Assembly: GCA_964016885.1 (NCBI GenBank)
Contig: OZ024741.1
Coordinates: 390,228,001-390,292,000 of the forward strand
Length of the DNA stretch: 64,000 bases
From: Eledone cirrhosa
Taxonomy: Eukaryota
Direction: 5' to 3'
Both the position numbers and the translations under genes were made by a program. The notes beneath the pieces were generated by a model. The model did not search any database. It worked only from the letters and a program-made list of their open reading frames with translations, and had not been told where the DNA came from. Of this stretch, positions 1 to 12,938 are shown piece by piece. Each line of letters opens with the position of its first letter. The stretch's first letter is position 1.

Positions 1-139
1 TGTATGTATATGTATATATGTATGTGGTAAATGTGTGTATGTATATATGTATGTATGTATAAATGTATGTGTGTGTGTCTGTGTGTGTATAAGTGTGTGT
101 GTGTGTGAGTGGTAAATGTATGTATGTATGTATGTTCTG

Positions 140-670
140 GTTTATAATTTCACAAATTGTTTACCAATAGAGAGAGAGTCGGTTTCTAACGAAGACACAA
201 GACTTTCTAATTGGGATTTACACAACATCAACTAGGTAGATATGTATGTATGTATGTATAGATGTTATTGTATGTGTGTATGTGTATGCTTTGAGTTGTA
301 TGTGTGCATGTGTATATGCTTTGTATCTGTACATGTGTATATGCAGTTATTAGATGCAACATTTTTGGAATGTTTTACATATTTTTACTGTTCCATTAAT
401 GGATTGTACTTGTAATTTCCTAACTAGTCATGTTCTTTCTGTTCCTGTGAGGCCTAGCTTCTCAAGATTTGTATTGAGGCAGTTACTAACATATCCCAGT
501 GCTCCAATAATCACAGGTATAAATCTGAAGGTGTAATCAGGGTGGAGTATCTGCAGAGTTCTCATCAGTTCTGCATAAATATTCCCCTTTTCGCTAATCT
601 TTGATATTATATTGGCATCTGCTGGGCAGTTAATTTCCACTACTGTGCATGCCTTCTTTTCCCTGTCCCA
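140..670 (-). mobile_element. 3' end of an R4/Dong-like non-LTR retrotransposon (RLE endonuclease C-terminus plus 3' UTR)
   Basis: ORF 428-694 reads IWDREKKACTVVEINCPAD...EK..Y..L...IPVIIGALG, typical of the restriction-like endonuclease C-terminus. A homologous copy lies at 21620-22085. Confidence 0.8.
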
Positions 671-707
671 TATGTATGTATGTATGTCTTTCACACCGTC
701 AATCGAG

Positions 708-2060
708 CTGATACAGATCCAAACCTTGTTCCATGCACTTCTCCTGGAGCTGTCTAGCTGAGAAGATCATATCAGTAGTGCCGCGTCCAGCACGAAAACC
801 AGATTGACTTTCAGGAAGAACACAATCTGCAATGTGTGTCAGCAGACGGTCCAGAAGCACCCTACATAAAACTTTCCCTACGACAGAAAGCAATGATATA
901 CCTCTGTGGTACCCACAATCATTCCTGTTACCCTTTCCCTTGTACAAGATCACCATTACTGCATCTCTCCAGTCCTCAGGCACGGATTCATTAGCCCATA
1001 TCCTGCCAAACAAAGAGTGAAGATGTTGCAGGAGTCTCTCACCACCATATTGTAGGAGCTTAGCATGTATACCATCCATACCTGGAGACCTTCCACTGTT
1101 CAGCTTCGAGATAGCCACTGCAACCTCCACAAGCGTCAGAGGTTCTGCGAGAGCTACTTTCACAGGACTTTCTGGAATGAGATTGAGGAAATCTTCACTG
1201 ACGACAGACGGCTGATTCAAAAGATCATCAAAGTGCTCTCGCCACCTTCGTAGAATTCCTTGTGAGTCACGAAGAAGTTCTTTGCCATCCTTGCTGCGAA
1301 GCGGTGTCACCAGAGAAGAAGACGGTCCATAAACCTCACGCAAGAGACTGTACAAGAGCTTTGTGTTATTGGAATCTGACGCAGTTTGTATCTCACCAGC
1401 CTTCTCACTCCACCACTGATCCTTCATCTGAGAAAGACTCCGCCTAACACGTGATTTTACATCCTTAAGTTCCTCATGCAACGTAATCCTCTCCTGTGAT
1501 TTTGCCGTCAAGTAGCGTGACAGAGCACGCCTCTTATCAGCCAACAAGTCTTCTATATGCACATCATTCTCATTAAACCAGCCCTGATGTTTTCTCTGCA
1601 CCAATCCCAGAACACGCCTGCCTACATCATAAACCGACTTTTTAAGGGTCGGCCAATCCTCACCAAGATCTGCAGCCTGCATCTCTTCTTCCAATGTCCT
1701 CTTCACATTTTTATCCTTAAGACGAGCAGCATTCAATCTTTTGGGCAGGGCAACACCAGGAGCCCGGATTTTACGTTTAGTGATTAGTTTCACTTTTGCG
1801 CGTACCAGGCGGTGGTCCGTCCAGCACTCAGCTCCACGAAGAGCACACACCGCACATCCTGTCTGTCACGCATCCTGACTAGGACGTAGTCCAAAAGGTG
1901 CCATTCCTTAGATGCAGGATGCATCCATGTGGTCTTGAATTTGTTCTTTTGTTGGAACATGGTGTTGGTAACACACGGATCCAGCTCCTCACACATCTGC
2001 AGCAGGAGCATACCATTGTTGTTACACTTTCCCACCCCATGCCTTCCGATTACATTCAAT
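708..2060 (-). mobile_element. Inverted 5' part of an RTE-clade LINE (APE endonuclease C-terminus, linker, RT N-terminus)
   Basis: ORFs 1790-2059 and 699-1850 contain TTWMHP.SK.WHLLDYVLV, TDHRLV, GRSPGMDGI, YHRGISLLSVVGK and QSGFRAGRGTTDMIF. One frameshift near 1845. Confidence 0.92.
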
Positions 2061-2084
2061 GTGTTAAAATCCGGTTTTTTTTAA

Positions 2085-3925
2085 ATCAGGTTTTTGTCGA
2101 TCTGACAAAAGCTTTCGATACTGTTAACAGAGATGCATTATGGAAGGTTCTCCAGAAACTTGGTTGCCCTGATAAGTTCCTTGCTTTAGTTAGGTCTTTG
2201 CATGACGACATGAAGGCTTGGGTTAATGTCGGAGGTAACATGTCGGAGCCTATCTCAGTAAAAAATGGAGTGAAACAGGGGGATATTCCAGCACCGACAC
2301 TGTTTGCCATATACTTTGCAATGGTTTTCTGTATTGCATTCAGGAATTGTGAGCATGGTGTTTACATCCGATATCGAACCTCAGGCAGCATATTTAACAT
2401 CAGGCGCTTTGCTGCAAAGACAAAAGTATTTACATCAATCATAAGAGACCTCTTGTGTGCAGATGGTTGCGATCTTGTAGCGCACACAGAGAGTGATATG
2501 CAGCACATTTTGAATGCATTTTCTGACGCTTGCACTGCCCTAGGATTGACTATCAGTCTCAAGAAAACCGTCGTCATGTACCAACCTGCCCCTGGTAAGC
2601 AGTACACTGAACCAAATATCTATGTGTATGGTAAACGTCTTGGAGTGGTTGATCAGTTTGTCTACCTGGGAAGCACTGTCAATCGATACAGCAACCTTGA
2701 CAGTGAAATCTCACTTAGGATTAGGAAAGCAAGTGATGCTTTCGGAAAGCTAGAAAGGCGACTCTGGGGTCGGCGTGACATATGCAGGAGGACAAAGGTA
2801 AAGGTGTACAAGGCATGTGTGCTCTCTTGTCTTCTTTATGCCTGCGAGACCTGGGTCACATATCGACATCACCTTAAGCAATTGGAGCGTTTCCATCAGA
2901 TGTGTCTCAGACGGATCCATGGCGTTCACTGGAGGGACCACATCAGTGATGTCGAGATTTTGGAAAGCTCTATGTTTGACAGTATAGAAGCTCTTGTGCT
3001 TAAGCAACGACTCCGTTGGAGTGGTCACCTTGCCAGGATGAAGGATTCTAGAATACCAAAACAACTCTTTTATGGAGAGTTGGTTAAAGGAAAACGACCG
3101 CCACATAAACCAAAAAAGAGGTATAAGGATTCCTTGAAAGCCTCTCTGAAAGACGCTAACATCTCTGCTGATACATGGGAAAATGTTGCTGCTGATCGTA
3201 ATAAATGGAGAAAGACTGTATATGAGGGAAAAGTTGCCTTTGAGACATCTCGAATCGCATACGAGAAAGTAAAGCGGGATGTGAGGAAGGGCATTGCTGT
3301 TGCACTTCCAGACGGCGAGGGTCCTCCTATGGTGCTGACATGCAGCGTCTGTGCGAGACTCTGCCTAAGCAAAGCTGGACTCGAAAGTCATCTTCGCAGT
3401 CATAGAGTAAGACCAGTGGTTGACTACCAGGCTGCTGTTGGAGATGCTACTCATCATGCTTGCCAAACATGTGGTAGAGAATGTAAATCAGCAGGAGGGC
3501 TCAAGCGACATGCAAAAGTACACGAACTCCAACCACAGCCGACTATTCCCAGTGAATGTTTTGGTTGCCGACTCTGTGCAAGACATTTTAGATCATTGGC
3601 TGGGCTAAAAAGCCACATTCAATCGCAGCGCTGTTAGTTGCTATCGTGTGTGTGTGTGTGTGTGTGTGTGTATAGATATGCTTGTGTGTGCGTGTATGTG
3701 TATATATATATGTATATGTATATTATTATTGTTGTTGTCGTTATTATTATTGTTGTTATTATTATTATTATTATTATTGTTATTAATGTATGTGTGTGTG
3801 TGTGTGTATGTATATATATATATTTTTTTTTATTTTCTTTTTTATTTATTTATTAATTTTTTTTATTTTTTCTCCTCGTGCAATGGCCATACTCGATAAC
3901 GAGGGGGCAGCCATCATCATCATGT
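2085..3925 (+). mobile_element. 3' part of the same RTE LINE: RT core, three C2H2-type zinc fingers, 3' UTR and (ATC)/(TATG) tail
   Basis: FVDLTKAFD, GVKQGD, LCADG (YADD mutated), FVYLGS, RLRWSGH. Fingers CSVC..HLRSH, CQTC..HAKVH, CRLC..HIQSQRC. Tail gagggggcagccatcatcatcatgtatg. Confidence 0.93.
2087..3637 (+). pseudogene. RTE ORF2 RT plus zinc-finger reading frame, still open but 5'-truncated and with a mutated catalytic motif
   Basis: The real coding part of ORF 1898-3637 starts at QVFVDLTKAFD. The YADD position reads CADG. Confidence 0.85.
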
Positions 3926-4245
3926 ATGTATGTATGTATGTATATATATGTATGTATACAAAACGTTCGAAAGACGAGACTGATTGGTTTATTTTGTCAA
4001 TTATAAACAGTGGATACATCATTGGCAATGGTAAGGCTCGGTGTTCGATTAGATCCCGACATACGGGGACATCTTTCCCGAAGGAGCACATGAGATGGAA
4101 TATCTGATAAAGTAGGTATCGCTGGCTCTTTTCCGAGCCAACATTTACTCCATCTTACATGTTACTCACGGAGTGCAGCTAAGATATACTGTCCAGCTAT
4201 GGGTAGAGAGTATTTTTCCCGCCCTTGTCCCTAATTCGTTTTTTG

Positions 4246-4304
4246 TTTCTTCTTCTTCTTCTTCTTCTTCTTCTTCTTCTTCTTCTCTCTCTCTCTCTCT
4301 CTCT

Positions 4305-4355
<51 letters not shown>

Positions 4356-5282
4356 GCACTCTCTCTCTCTCAAAATCTGACTTACGCCGGAAAATCCATA
4401 ACACTTTTGTTACCGTGTCGACACTGCCAATAAGCTTCAAATAAATGTATAAACAAGCAAGAATGATTTTGAAAATATAACTTTCTCATTATTAACCTGA
4501 TATTTAAGACGGAGGCTTGGCAGTATCTGTAGAGCGTCGGACAATATGCTTTGCGTTATATAGTTACGGCCCTTTATATTCTGAGTGGTGGTGGTGGTGG
4601 TGGTAGTGGTCGTTGCAGTGGTGGTTGTAGTGATGGTGTAGTAGTGGTGGCGGTGGCGATTATGGTACTGGTGGCGGTAGTAGTGGTGAGGATGGTAGTA
4701 GTTGTAGTAGAAGTAGTAGTAGTAGTAGTAATAGAAAAAAAGGAACCTCATTGTGGTCGCAGCCTAATGACTAAAACCAGTAAAAGAATAAAAGGATATA
4801 TCATAGGTGCAAGGGGTAAGAAGATAATTGTATTGACGTTTAACCAGAGGTCAATGGACAGAAGTGGACACAAAGGTCGATATCTAGGAGGAGGAGGGGG
4901 AGGTGATGGTGATGGTGGTGGTGGGGGATGGGTAAGAGCTGAACAAAGGACTATATTTGTATGGCTACGACCGGTTTCGGTGAGATTTTCAAAGGTGGGG
5001 AACACATGAAAAAATCTGAGAGATTTGGTTCAATGAATAGCGAACTGGTAGTTATTGGAGAGAAAGAGGGGGGGGGGGGTATATGTGTGTGTGAGAGAGA
5101 AATGGGTAGGTGTATATATATGTGTGTGTCTGTATAAATGTGTGTATATATGTGTATGTGTGTGTATGTGTATGTGTGAGAGAATGTGTACAGAGTGAGA
5201 GAGTGTGTGTGTGTAAGTGAGAGAGTGTATGTGTATATATGTGTATATGAGAGGGAGTGTGTGTGTGATATAGAGTGTATGC

Positions 5283-5339
<57 letters not shown>

Positions 5340-5610
5340 TGTGTGTGAGTGTGAGTGTGTGTATGTGAGAGAGTGTGTATGTGAAAAAGAGTGTGTTTGG
5401 GAGACTTTGTGTGTGAGAGTGTGTGTGTATGAGAGAGAGTGTGTGTGAGAGTGTGTGCGTGTATGAGAGAGAGTGTGTTTGGGAGACTATGTGTGTGAGA
5501 GTGTGTGTGTATGAGAGAGAGTGTGTGTGAGAGTGTGTGCGTGTATGAGAGAGAGAGTGTGTGTGTGTATGAGAGAGGGAGTGTGTGTGTGTGTATGAGA
5601 GAGGGAGTGT

Positions 5611-5670
<60 letters not shown>
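4246..5670. repeat. Microsatellite field: (CTT)n, (CT)n, (GTG/GTA)n, compound (GT)/(GA)n
   Basis: Directly visible simple repeats. Confidence 0.95.
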
Positions 5671-5675
<5 letters not shown>

Positions 5676-5894
5676 GGGAGGGAGATAAAGATGCTGGAAG
5701 AGAGGGTGATAGATCGGTAGTTTGCTGGGCAGGAGAAGTTGCTCTTCATATATTGTTTAACCCCAGGTTAACCCAGATCGAGCAGACCTATGAGCAAAGA
5801 AGGCATTCATTTCCTTTTCATTCTAATGTATCCTTTTATTTAAGATGGCAGAACGTTATATTAGCAAATGTTGTTGCTATTTCTCGTGGATTGA

Positions 5895-6095
5895 GAGCTC
5901 TACCAGGAGTGACTCTCTGATCTCCGAGCGATGCACTCTATCAACTAACGTTACTACAAAGAATCTTTGGATGAATTCCATTTCGGTCGATTGTATTTGC
6001 GATCGTATCATTTCGGCCATTACACAAGATTTATGACAATAGGTAAAGGTTGGCACAAATACCGAATTGAAGATACCGACTTAGGTCTTTTTTTA
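5895..6095 (-). mobile_element. Decayed fragment of the second RTE-like family (see 29186-31260)
   Basis: Aligns by eye to 29470-29660 (accaggagtgactctctgatctccgag...ggttggcacaaatac). Confidence 0.7.
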
Positions 6096-6107
6096 CCTTG
6101 GTTCAAA

Positions 6108-6295
6108 TAATTGTTTCTACTTTTGGCACAAGGCCAGCAATTATCTCAGTGCATTACTGGTACTTTATTTTATCGACCTCGTAATTATGAAAAGCAAAGT
6201 TAACCTCGGCGGGATTTGAACTCAGACCGTCAAGAGCCATAACTCTATGCTGCAAAGCATGCCACCCGACCCGCTACCAATACTGCCAATCCAAT
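6108..6295 (-). mobile_element. tRNA-derived SINE (abundant octopus-type family with Meta/Sauria-like core)
   Basis: Reverse complement shows B box gagttcaaatcc, core gactttgcttttcat...ggtcgataaaataaagtaccag and tail ggccttgtgcc..aaagtagaaacaatt. Confidence 0.85.
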
Positions 6296-7030
6296 TATCA
6301 GGCGTGCGCATTGTTTAAATGTAACGGAAGGAAATCAATAGGAATAGGTGCCCTTGTTAGGTTAAATTGAACGGAGACGACGTTTAAGCTCAAGTTAACC
6401 CTGATTCCGACGTATTAATGACAAAAAATCCATTCATGACTATCCTGTCTGATGAAAGGCATGTAGAATTACATTATCGTATTTAGTTTCATCTTATTTA
6501 AGACAGTAGGATATTATTTAAAGGAGATTTTGCGGCTAAATCTAGCAGGTTGAGTAAACACGTTGCAGCTCTTTCGTCGTATCTTTTAACCGGAGACGTT
6601 TTCGTACATGGCAATGGACACGTGAAAGCGAATCAGTAGAACCAAGATTAAGACTGCAGGAGAATTTTGCAGTATGAGTGTGGCGTGAGATGTCTGGCTG
6701 TAAAACTGCAACGAAGATGGTATATTTATATTGATAGAAAATACTCGGAGAATCGGTAGAAAAATTCTGCAAACTTTATAGAGATCCACCTTTATAGAAT
6801 ATTCTGCTATAGTTCAGGAAGCAAAATAGTTTGCTGGTCATGAAATGAAAAAAAAAAAAAAAAAAAAAATTTGCTGTTCTGTCTTTCAGACGAAGCGGTT
6901 TCCAGTTGCTGTTATGTTGTCCAATGTATACTTTTACGTCGGTAAGGCATGGCACGGAGTAAGTTTTGATCGCTATCGTCAGGAAATCGAGTGTTCACAC
7001 AGAGACTTCCTCGCTTGCTCGTTACTTTGC

Positions 7031-7120
<90 letters not shown>

Positions 7121-7429
7121 TGTGTGTTTGTGTAAATACCAACGACTGCAAGGTGTGGCAATACCAATGACGTATCAATGCAACTGAAACTCTGCCAACG
7201 CTTACTCTAACCATACATCACACTGATTACGTAACGGATATCTCAGATAACCACATACACCAACCACTGCTCAGATGTAATGAGTTAGAAAGTGTGTGTG
7301 CTAGAGAGAGAGAGAGATAGAAAGTATGTGAGAGAGAATGAGAGAACGAGAAGGAGGGTAATTGTTCGCTGCTGTATCGCTGCCAGATACTTTCAAGCAT
7401 ACAAATGATTAATGGGTTCTAGTTTAGAT

Positions 7430-7565
7430 AGAAGGCCAGCAATTTGTGATGAGATTAAGGTCGATCGATTATAAAGTCTGCAGTATCTGACCAGTATTTT
7501 ATTTTATCGACCCTGAGGGATGAAAGGCAAAGTTGACCTCAGCTAAATTTGAACTCAGAACGTAA
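7430..7565 (-). mobile_element. Partial SINE of the same family
   Basis: tttatcgaccctgagggatgaaaggcaaagttgacctcagc..atttgaactcagaacg. Confidence 0.75.
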
Positions 7566-7587
7566 TGTCTAAAGTCTGTTTCAAACC

Positions 7588-7835
7588 CAGAGGCTCATCA
7601 AGCCGGTGCTTATCCCGGTTTTCTTGGTGTTAAGCGACTGAGAGTACAATACTTCTTACTGGACAGGTCACCAGTCCATCGCAAGGCTACTGCTGGTACT
7701 CATTTTCAGCTGAGTATACTGGAGCAATGTGAAATGAAGTGTTTTGCTCAAGAATACAACACACAAACCAGTTCAGGAATCGAACCCACGACATTATGAT
7801 CGTAAGTCCAACACCCTTACTACAGAACGTGCTAC
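7588..7835 (-). mobile_element. Second tRNA-derived SINE family (Deu/Nin-like core)
   Basis: Minus strand shows B box gggttcgattcc and core cttgagcaaaacacttcatttcac..ctccagt..actcagctgaaaatgagtaccag. Confidence 0.7.
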
Positions 7836-7844
7836 GCATGTCCA

Positions 7845-8005
7845 CGCAGAGATCAGAGTGGGCCTGCCTCGAATGGAAACCAGAAGAGGCCGTGTGAGGA
7901 AAAGCAGACCCGTCAGCACTTGGCTGTGGTGTGTTGATGAAGTCGTAGGCTTGGCCGTGGAGCAGACCCATGACATAGCTTGCGATCGTGCGGAATTGAG
8001 ATCTC
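7845..8005 (+). mobile_element. Decayed 3' end of a LINE ORF2 (RTE-like)
   Basis: LEWKP / RRGRVRKSRPVSTWL ... IACDRAELR followed by an A/GA-rich tail. Confidence 0.5.
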
Positions 8006-8312
8006 AAAAAAAACTAAGAAAGAATAGAAGGAAGGGAGGGAGGAATTGGTGGTAACTTTCAGCAACGTAAAAACAGTATTAAAGAGATATCCAGACACAT
8101 CTCTTAAATTCTTTGTTGTTTCTAAATTGTTGTACTTTGAATAGTCTGAGGTACTTTTTTATTAACACTTTTGAGATTAACCCAGTCAAACCTGTTTTTG
8201 GTTTTATAAAACAAAACCATCTATCTTTAGATGTTTCCTATTTAAATTAAAAGCATCCGACATAATTTGATATAAGAACCGTTTATTAAATTAAGTTACA
8301 AATATTACCATA

Positions 8313-9160
8313 ATAATTGTTTCTGGTTTAGGCACAAGACCAACGATTTTTTTGGAGAGGAAAGTCAATTCGATCGATCCAGCGTTACTGATACTTTATT
8401 TTATTGACCCCGCAAGGATGAAAGGCAAAGTTAACCTCGGCGGGATTTGAAATCAGAACGTAAATGGCCTTAACTATGCTGCAAAGCATTGTGTCCGACG
8501 CTCTACTGATTCTGCCAATCCACCGCCCACTATTCATTATCATAATAATTGTTTCTACTTTAGGCACAAGGCCAGCAATTATCCCAGTACATTACTGGTA
8601 CTCTATTTTATCGACCCCCTAAGGATGAAAGGCAAAGTTAACTTCGGCGGGATTTGAACTCAGATCATAAAGGGACGTAACTATGGTGGAAAGCATGGCG
8701 TCCGACCTTCTACCGATACTGCCAATCCACCGCCCTATAATAATGATAGGGCGGTGGATTGGCAGTATCGGTAGAAGGTCGGACGCCATGCTTTGCAGCA
8801 AAGAGTTACGGCCCTTTATGGTCTGAGTTCAAATCCCGCCGAGGTTAACTTTGCCTTTCATCCTTACGGGGTCGATAAAATAAAGTACCAGTACTACACT
8901 GAGATAATTGTTGGCCTTGTGCCAAAAGTAGAAATAATTATCATAATAATGATTTCTACTTTAGGCATTAATAATGAAATAATTGTTTCTACTTTAGGCA
9001 CAAGGCCAGCAATTACCCAGTGCATTACTGGTACTTTATTTTATCGACCCCGTAAGGATGAAAGGCAAAGTCAACCTCGGCGGGATTTGAACTCAGATCG
9101 TAAAGGGACGTAACTATGCTGGAAAGCATGGCGTCCGACCCTCTACCGATACTGCCAATC
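8313..9160. mobile_element. Cluster of four SINEs: 8313-8528(-), 8545-8737(-), 8747-8940(+), 8980-9160(-)
   Basis: Each has the head (tggcagtatcggtaga), B box and core. Copies are joined through (TAA)n tails. Confidence 0.9.
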
Positions 9161-9787
9161 AATGAAATAATAATGTTAGTAAATTTCTTTAAATTCTCCA
9201 TTTATTACATCAAATACAGCGTATTTCCTTAGGCATATGGTAACGAAAGGGTTAATGGATTTGCGTTCTTTTCAATCTTCACGGCGTGCACAATTCATAT
9301 TTTATGTTATACATTTGCGATGGTTATTTTTTTGTCAAAGCAATTGAAGGCAAAAGTTGGTTTTACCCATCTCAATGGTTAGATTGGTTATATTATTATA
9401 TCAACCTCGCTCGTTCTCCTTAAATGATTCTAAAACTACAATCTTGCCCTTTTTTCCAGATATCGTATATCTGTACGAATACATCATCGTGTGGCTATGT
9501 TTTTAACATAGTTGGACGTGATTTGAGAGACATTGGTTACTATTTTAGCAGGTCAAGAGACCCCCGTCGAGGTGCTACTTTTGTCCAAAATGATATTGTA
9601 TATACAGACAAGATATTTATACCTGTCTATACACATAGGAGTGGCTAAAAGTCCAAAGGTACATTTAGTAGTATACTATAGCATTGAAAAGATAACACTT
9701 GTTTACGTGTCAGTAACTTATTAAAGTTTGAAAGCAGAATATTAGAGAAATTCACCCTTTAATATGCGGTATTTTTGGTTTCATTTG

Positions 9788-9900
9788 GTTTCAAATCTCG
9801 CCGAGGTTGACTTTGCCTTTCATCCTTACGGGGTCGATAAAATAAAGTACCAGTAATGCGCTGGGTAATTGCTGGCCTTGTGCCTAACGTAGAAACAATT
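9788..9900 (+). mobile_element. 5'-truncated SINE
   Basis: tttcaaatctcgccgaggttgactttgcctttcatccttacggggtcgataaaataaagtaccag. Confidence 0.85.
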
Positions 9901-10770
9901 ATATTATACCTTCATTCATCGTTTTGTTGTTGTAGTTGTAGTTTTTTGTGAGCACGTGATATGGAAGAGTGGGGCTGTTTAGATAGAATTAGAAGGATAA
10001 TTTTTTTTCTATTTTTTTCTTGTTGAGATTGGTTTCATCATTACGAGAACTATTCCAGTAATTTCTCACGCAACCAGTTTTATTTTATATATAATCAACT
10101 CTCAACTTGACATTCGCCCGTTTTTCTCGAACATTGAAAAAATACAAATGTGATCAAAATAAACGTGTTCGGACTAATAATACATTTTCTCACGTTTCCC
10201 CCGTTTTCCTGTCTTTTGTCAAATATCATCATTAGCATTAACATTCTTAAAATATTATTATTTCAATAAAAATGACTATGTTATGAAACATCCCGTCATA
10301 CACTTCTGGCAACAACAACAATAACGATGACAAAAAGCCCTGAATATTTAATGTATTTAATATATTGATGATTGCCATTGAATATTTTTGTCAAGAAGGA
10401 AAAAAAAAAAACACGTTTTAGAACATGATATCAGTCGAGATGTAAAAGCAGGTGTAGTGAGTAATTAGGTGAACTTCATCTTGAAAACAAACAAGAAGCT
10501 GAATAATTAACCCGGGAGAATGGGGAAAAAACAAAGAGGGAAGCCAGGGAGTGTTAGTAACAACGTGTTGTGTAATAAACAGAAAGATAATCGTGAGAAT
10601 AGAAAATACAGGTGTATATCTAGGTTCACTAATAACACAAAGGAAGTAAGCCAACTGGAAAGACCAACAAATTAAAAGTAACATTTTTTTAACTGACTTT
10701 ATCAGCCTGCCTGTCTGTCTTCCCCCTCTCTCTCTATATATAAATATATGTATATATATATGTATGTATG

Positions 10771-10900
<130 letters not shown>

Positions 10901-11058
10901 CAGTATTTACGTATCGAGAGAGAGAAAAAGGGGGGATAGGTGATACATATAGTTATTTGCCAAGTAGCGTATGCCAAAGGGGCTCAATACTAGTGCCGGC
11001 AGTATTAAATATTCGAAGTGTTAATATTTAGTGGGCTAGAGAGTTAGCAGAGCGTAAG

Positions 11059-11816
11059 CACGTGGGAAAGTAAGAAATCGGAGAATAGACCGTTAATACA
11101 TGTTTATTTATTTAAAACAGCACCCACATACGTTTCGCCCAGTTGGGCTCATCGAGGGCATAAATAACTAAAAGTGTTCCTTACATTGCTCGGAAAGAGT
11201 TTTTGGGGTTAGGTTCACGTCAAGATTCATTGCTCGCAAAAATAGCGTTTTTTGATTTTGCAGCAGGTCAAGGGAGGTAACTCTGGCCGGTGTTAGGGCA
11301 GTCTTTCCCGGACAAATTTTTTATCCGTTACAAGATGTGGTTACAACCTTACCACTGTCGATACGCACAGTGTCATGTAATCAACGCTTATTTCGAGACG
11401 TTTGTTTTTCCGCACCTGTTTGCCTGGGTCGTTTGAGGCTGGGTCTGGTATGCATGGTTAGTTTCCTGGGTGTCATTTTGCAGCGCCTGCCCGCCGGGGT
11501 GTTAAAACTTGTTGCAGGGAGATCCGGTACACGGTTTCACTCCTCATCCTTAACCCATCTGAAGAAGGATATTTTAAAGCGATGTGTACAACTTATCGCT
11601 GTTTCAGCTCTGCTGTTGATGAGCTCGTAGGGTGCAGTTATGATGCGAGCAATGCATCTTGACCTGAACCTAATCCCCAAAACTCTTTCCGAGTAATGTA
11701 AGGAACTCTTTTGGTTATTTATGCCCTTGAGAAGCCCAACTGGGCGAAACGTAGGTAGGTGCTGTTTTAAATAAACATGTTTTAACGGTCTATTCTCCGA
11801 TTTCTTACTTTTCCAC

Positions 11817-11818
<2 letters not shown>
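11059..11818. mobile_element. Inverted-repeat element (arms about 11059-11238 and 11644-11818), each arm with a decayed hammerhead motif; Penelope pLTR-like
   Basis: Plus-strand arm: tgcc-CTTGAGAA-gccca.ac.tgggc-GAAA-cgtagg-TA-ggtg. The minus-strand arm has core CTCGATGA. The element ends in (TA)n. Confidence 0.7.
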
Positions 11819-11876
<58 letters not shown>

Positions 11877-12041
11877 CGTTTTCAGTTTGTTTGGCCTCTA
11901 TAACGTATGTTAATTGCTCTGGTCTTCTTTTAGTCCATTGAGCGCTTGCCGCATATCTCGAAAATTGCGTTTCGCTTTGTTTTTGACCACAGCCGAAATA
12001 CGATCCCGCTGAAATTATATTTGTATATATATATATATATT

Positions 12042-12149
<108 letters not shown>

Positions 12150-12511
12150 TTGGAGTGAGGTCATATATTTTGTCGTTCCTGGGGTTTTTAACCCTAGGAT
12201 AGGAAAATGCTTCTCTGATGATCTTTGCTTTTCCATTAATATCCACGTGATATCTAATGTTTTGCAACGTGAAACTGTACAGTTAGGGCCATTTGAATAG
12301 GTAAATATTTATATTATATTTTTTAATTTTGATTAATTTTAATTGTATATTAATTTTGATTTATTTTGAAGAATTGGTTGAATTTTACTTGTTCTGCTTA
12401 TCTTGATATTAAGTTCTGGTATATCAAATTATTACCATAGAACCACCTTAAATCATAGACACACTATATATTTCCGGGGGTACATTGTACCCTCAGATAT
12501 ATATTAACCTT

Positions 12512-12548
<37 letters not shown>

Positions 12549-12748
12549 ATAGGGGATTACAGTGGAGTATTCCACTATTATCTTTGGTAATGTAAGAGAA
12601 GCCCTAAGCGCAGTACAATCCTCGGTTCATGAGGAGACGAATAGTTCATCGACAGTCAAAGATCTTGTTGTTGAGGACAGTCCAAGTAACAGGGAATTAA
12701 TATTTAATATGATAAAAGACCAAGGTTAATAACTATAGGCCCATATTC

Positions 12749-12828
<80 letters not shown>

Positions 12829-12938
12829 ATGTATAAATGTATATATAAGGCTGGAAGATCACTGATGAAGGACTAATTTTTTTCATATCTAACCCATGTG
12901 CAACCACGCAGCACGCCATTTTTCATATATATATATAT

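Noticed and set aside
1898-2086. N-terminal 63 aa of the 579-aa ORF
   Set aside because: Antisense read-through of the inverted RTE segment; homology starts at QVFVD
3638-5749. Many ORFs rich in YI, CV, HT, SL, ER or poly-residue runs, here and throughout the window
   Set aside because: Translations of microsatellites, not genes
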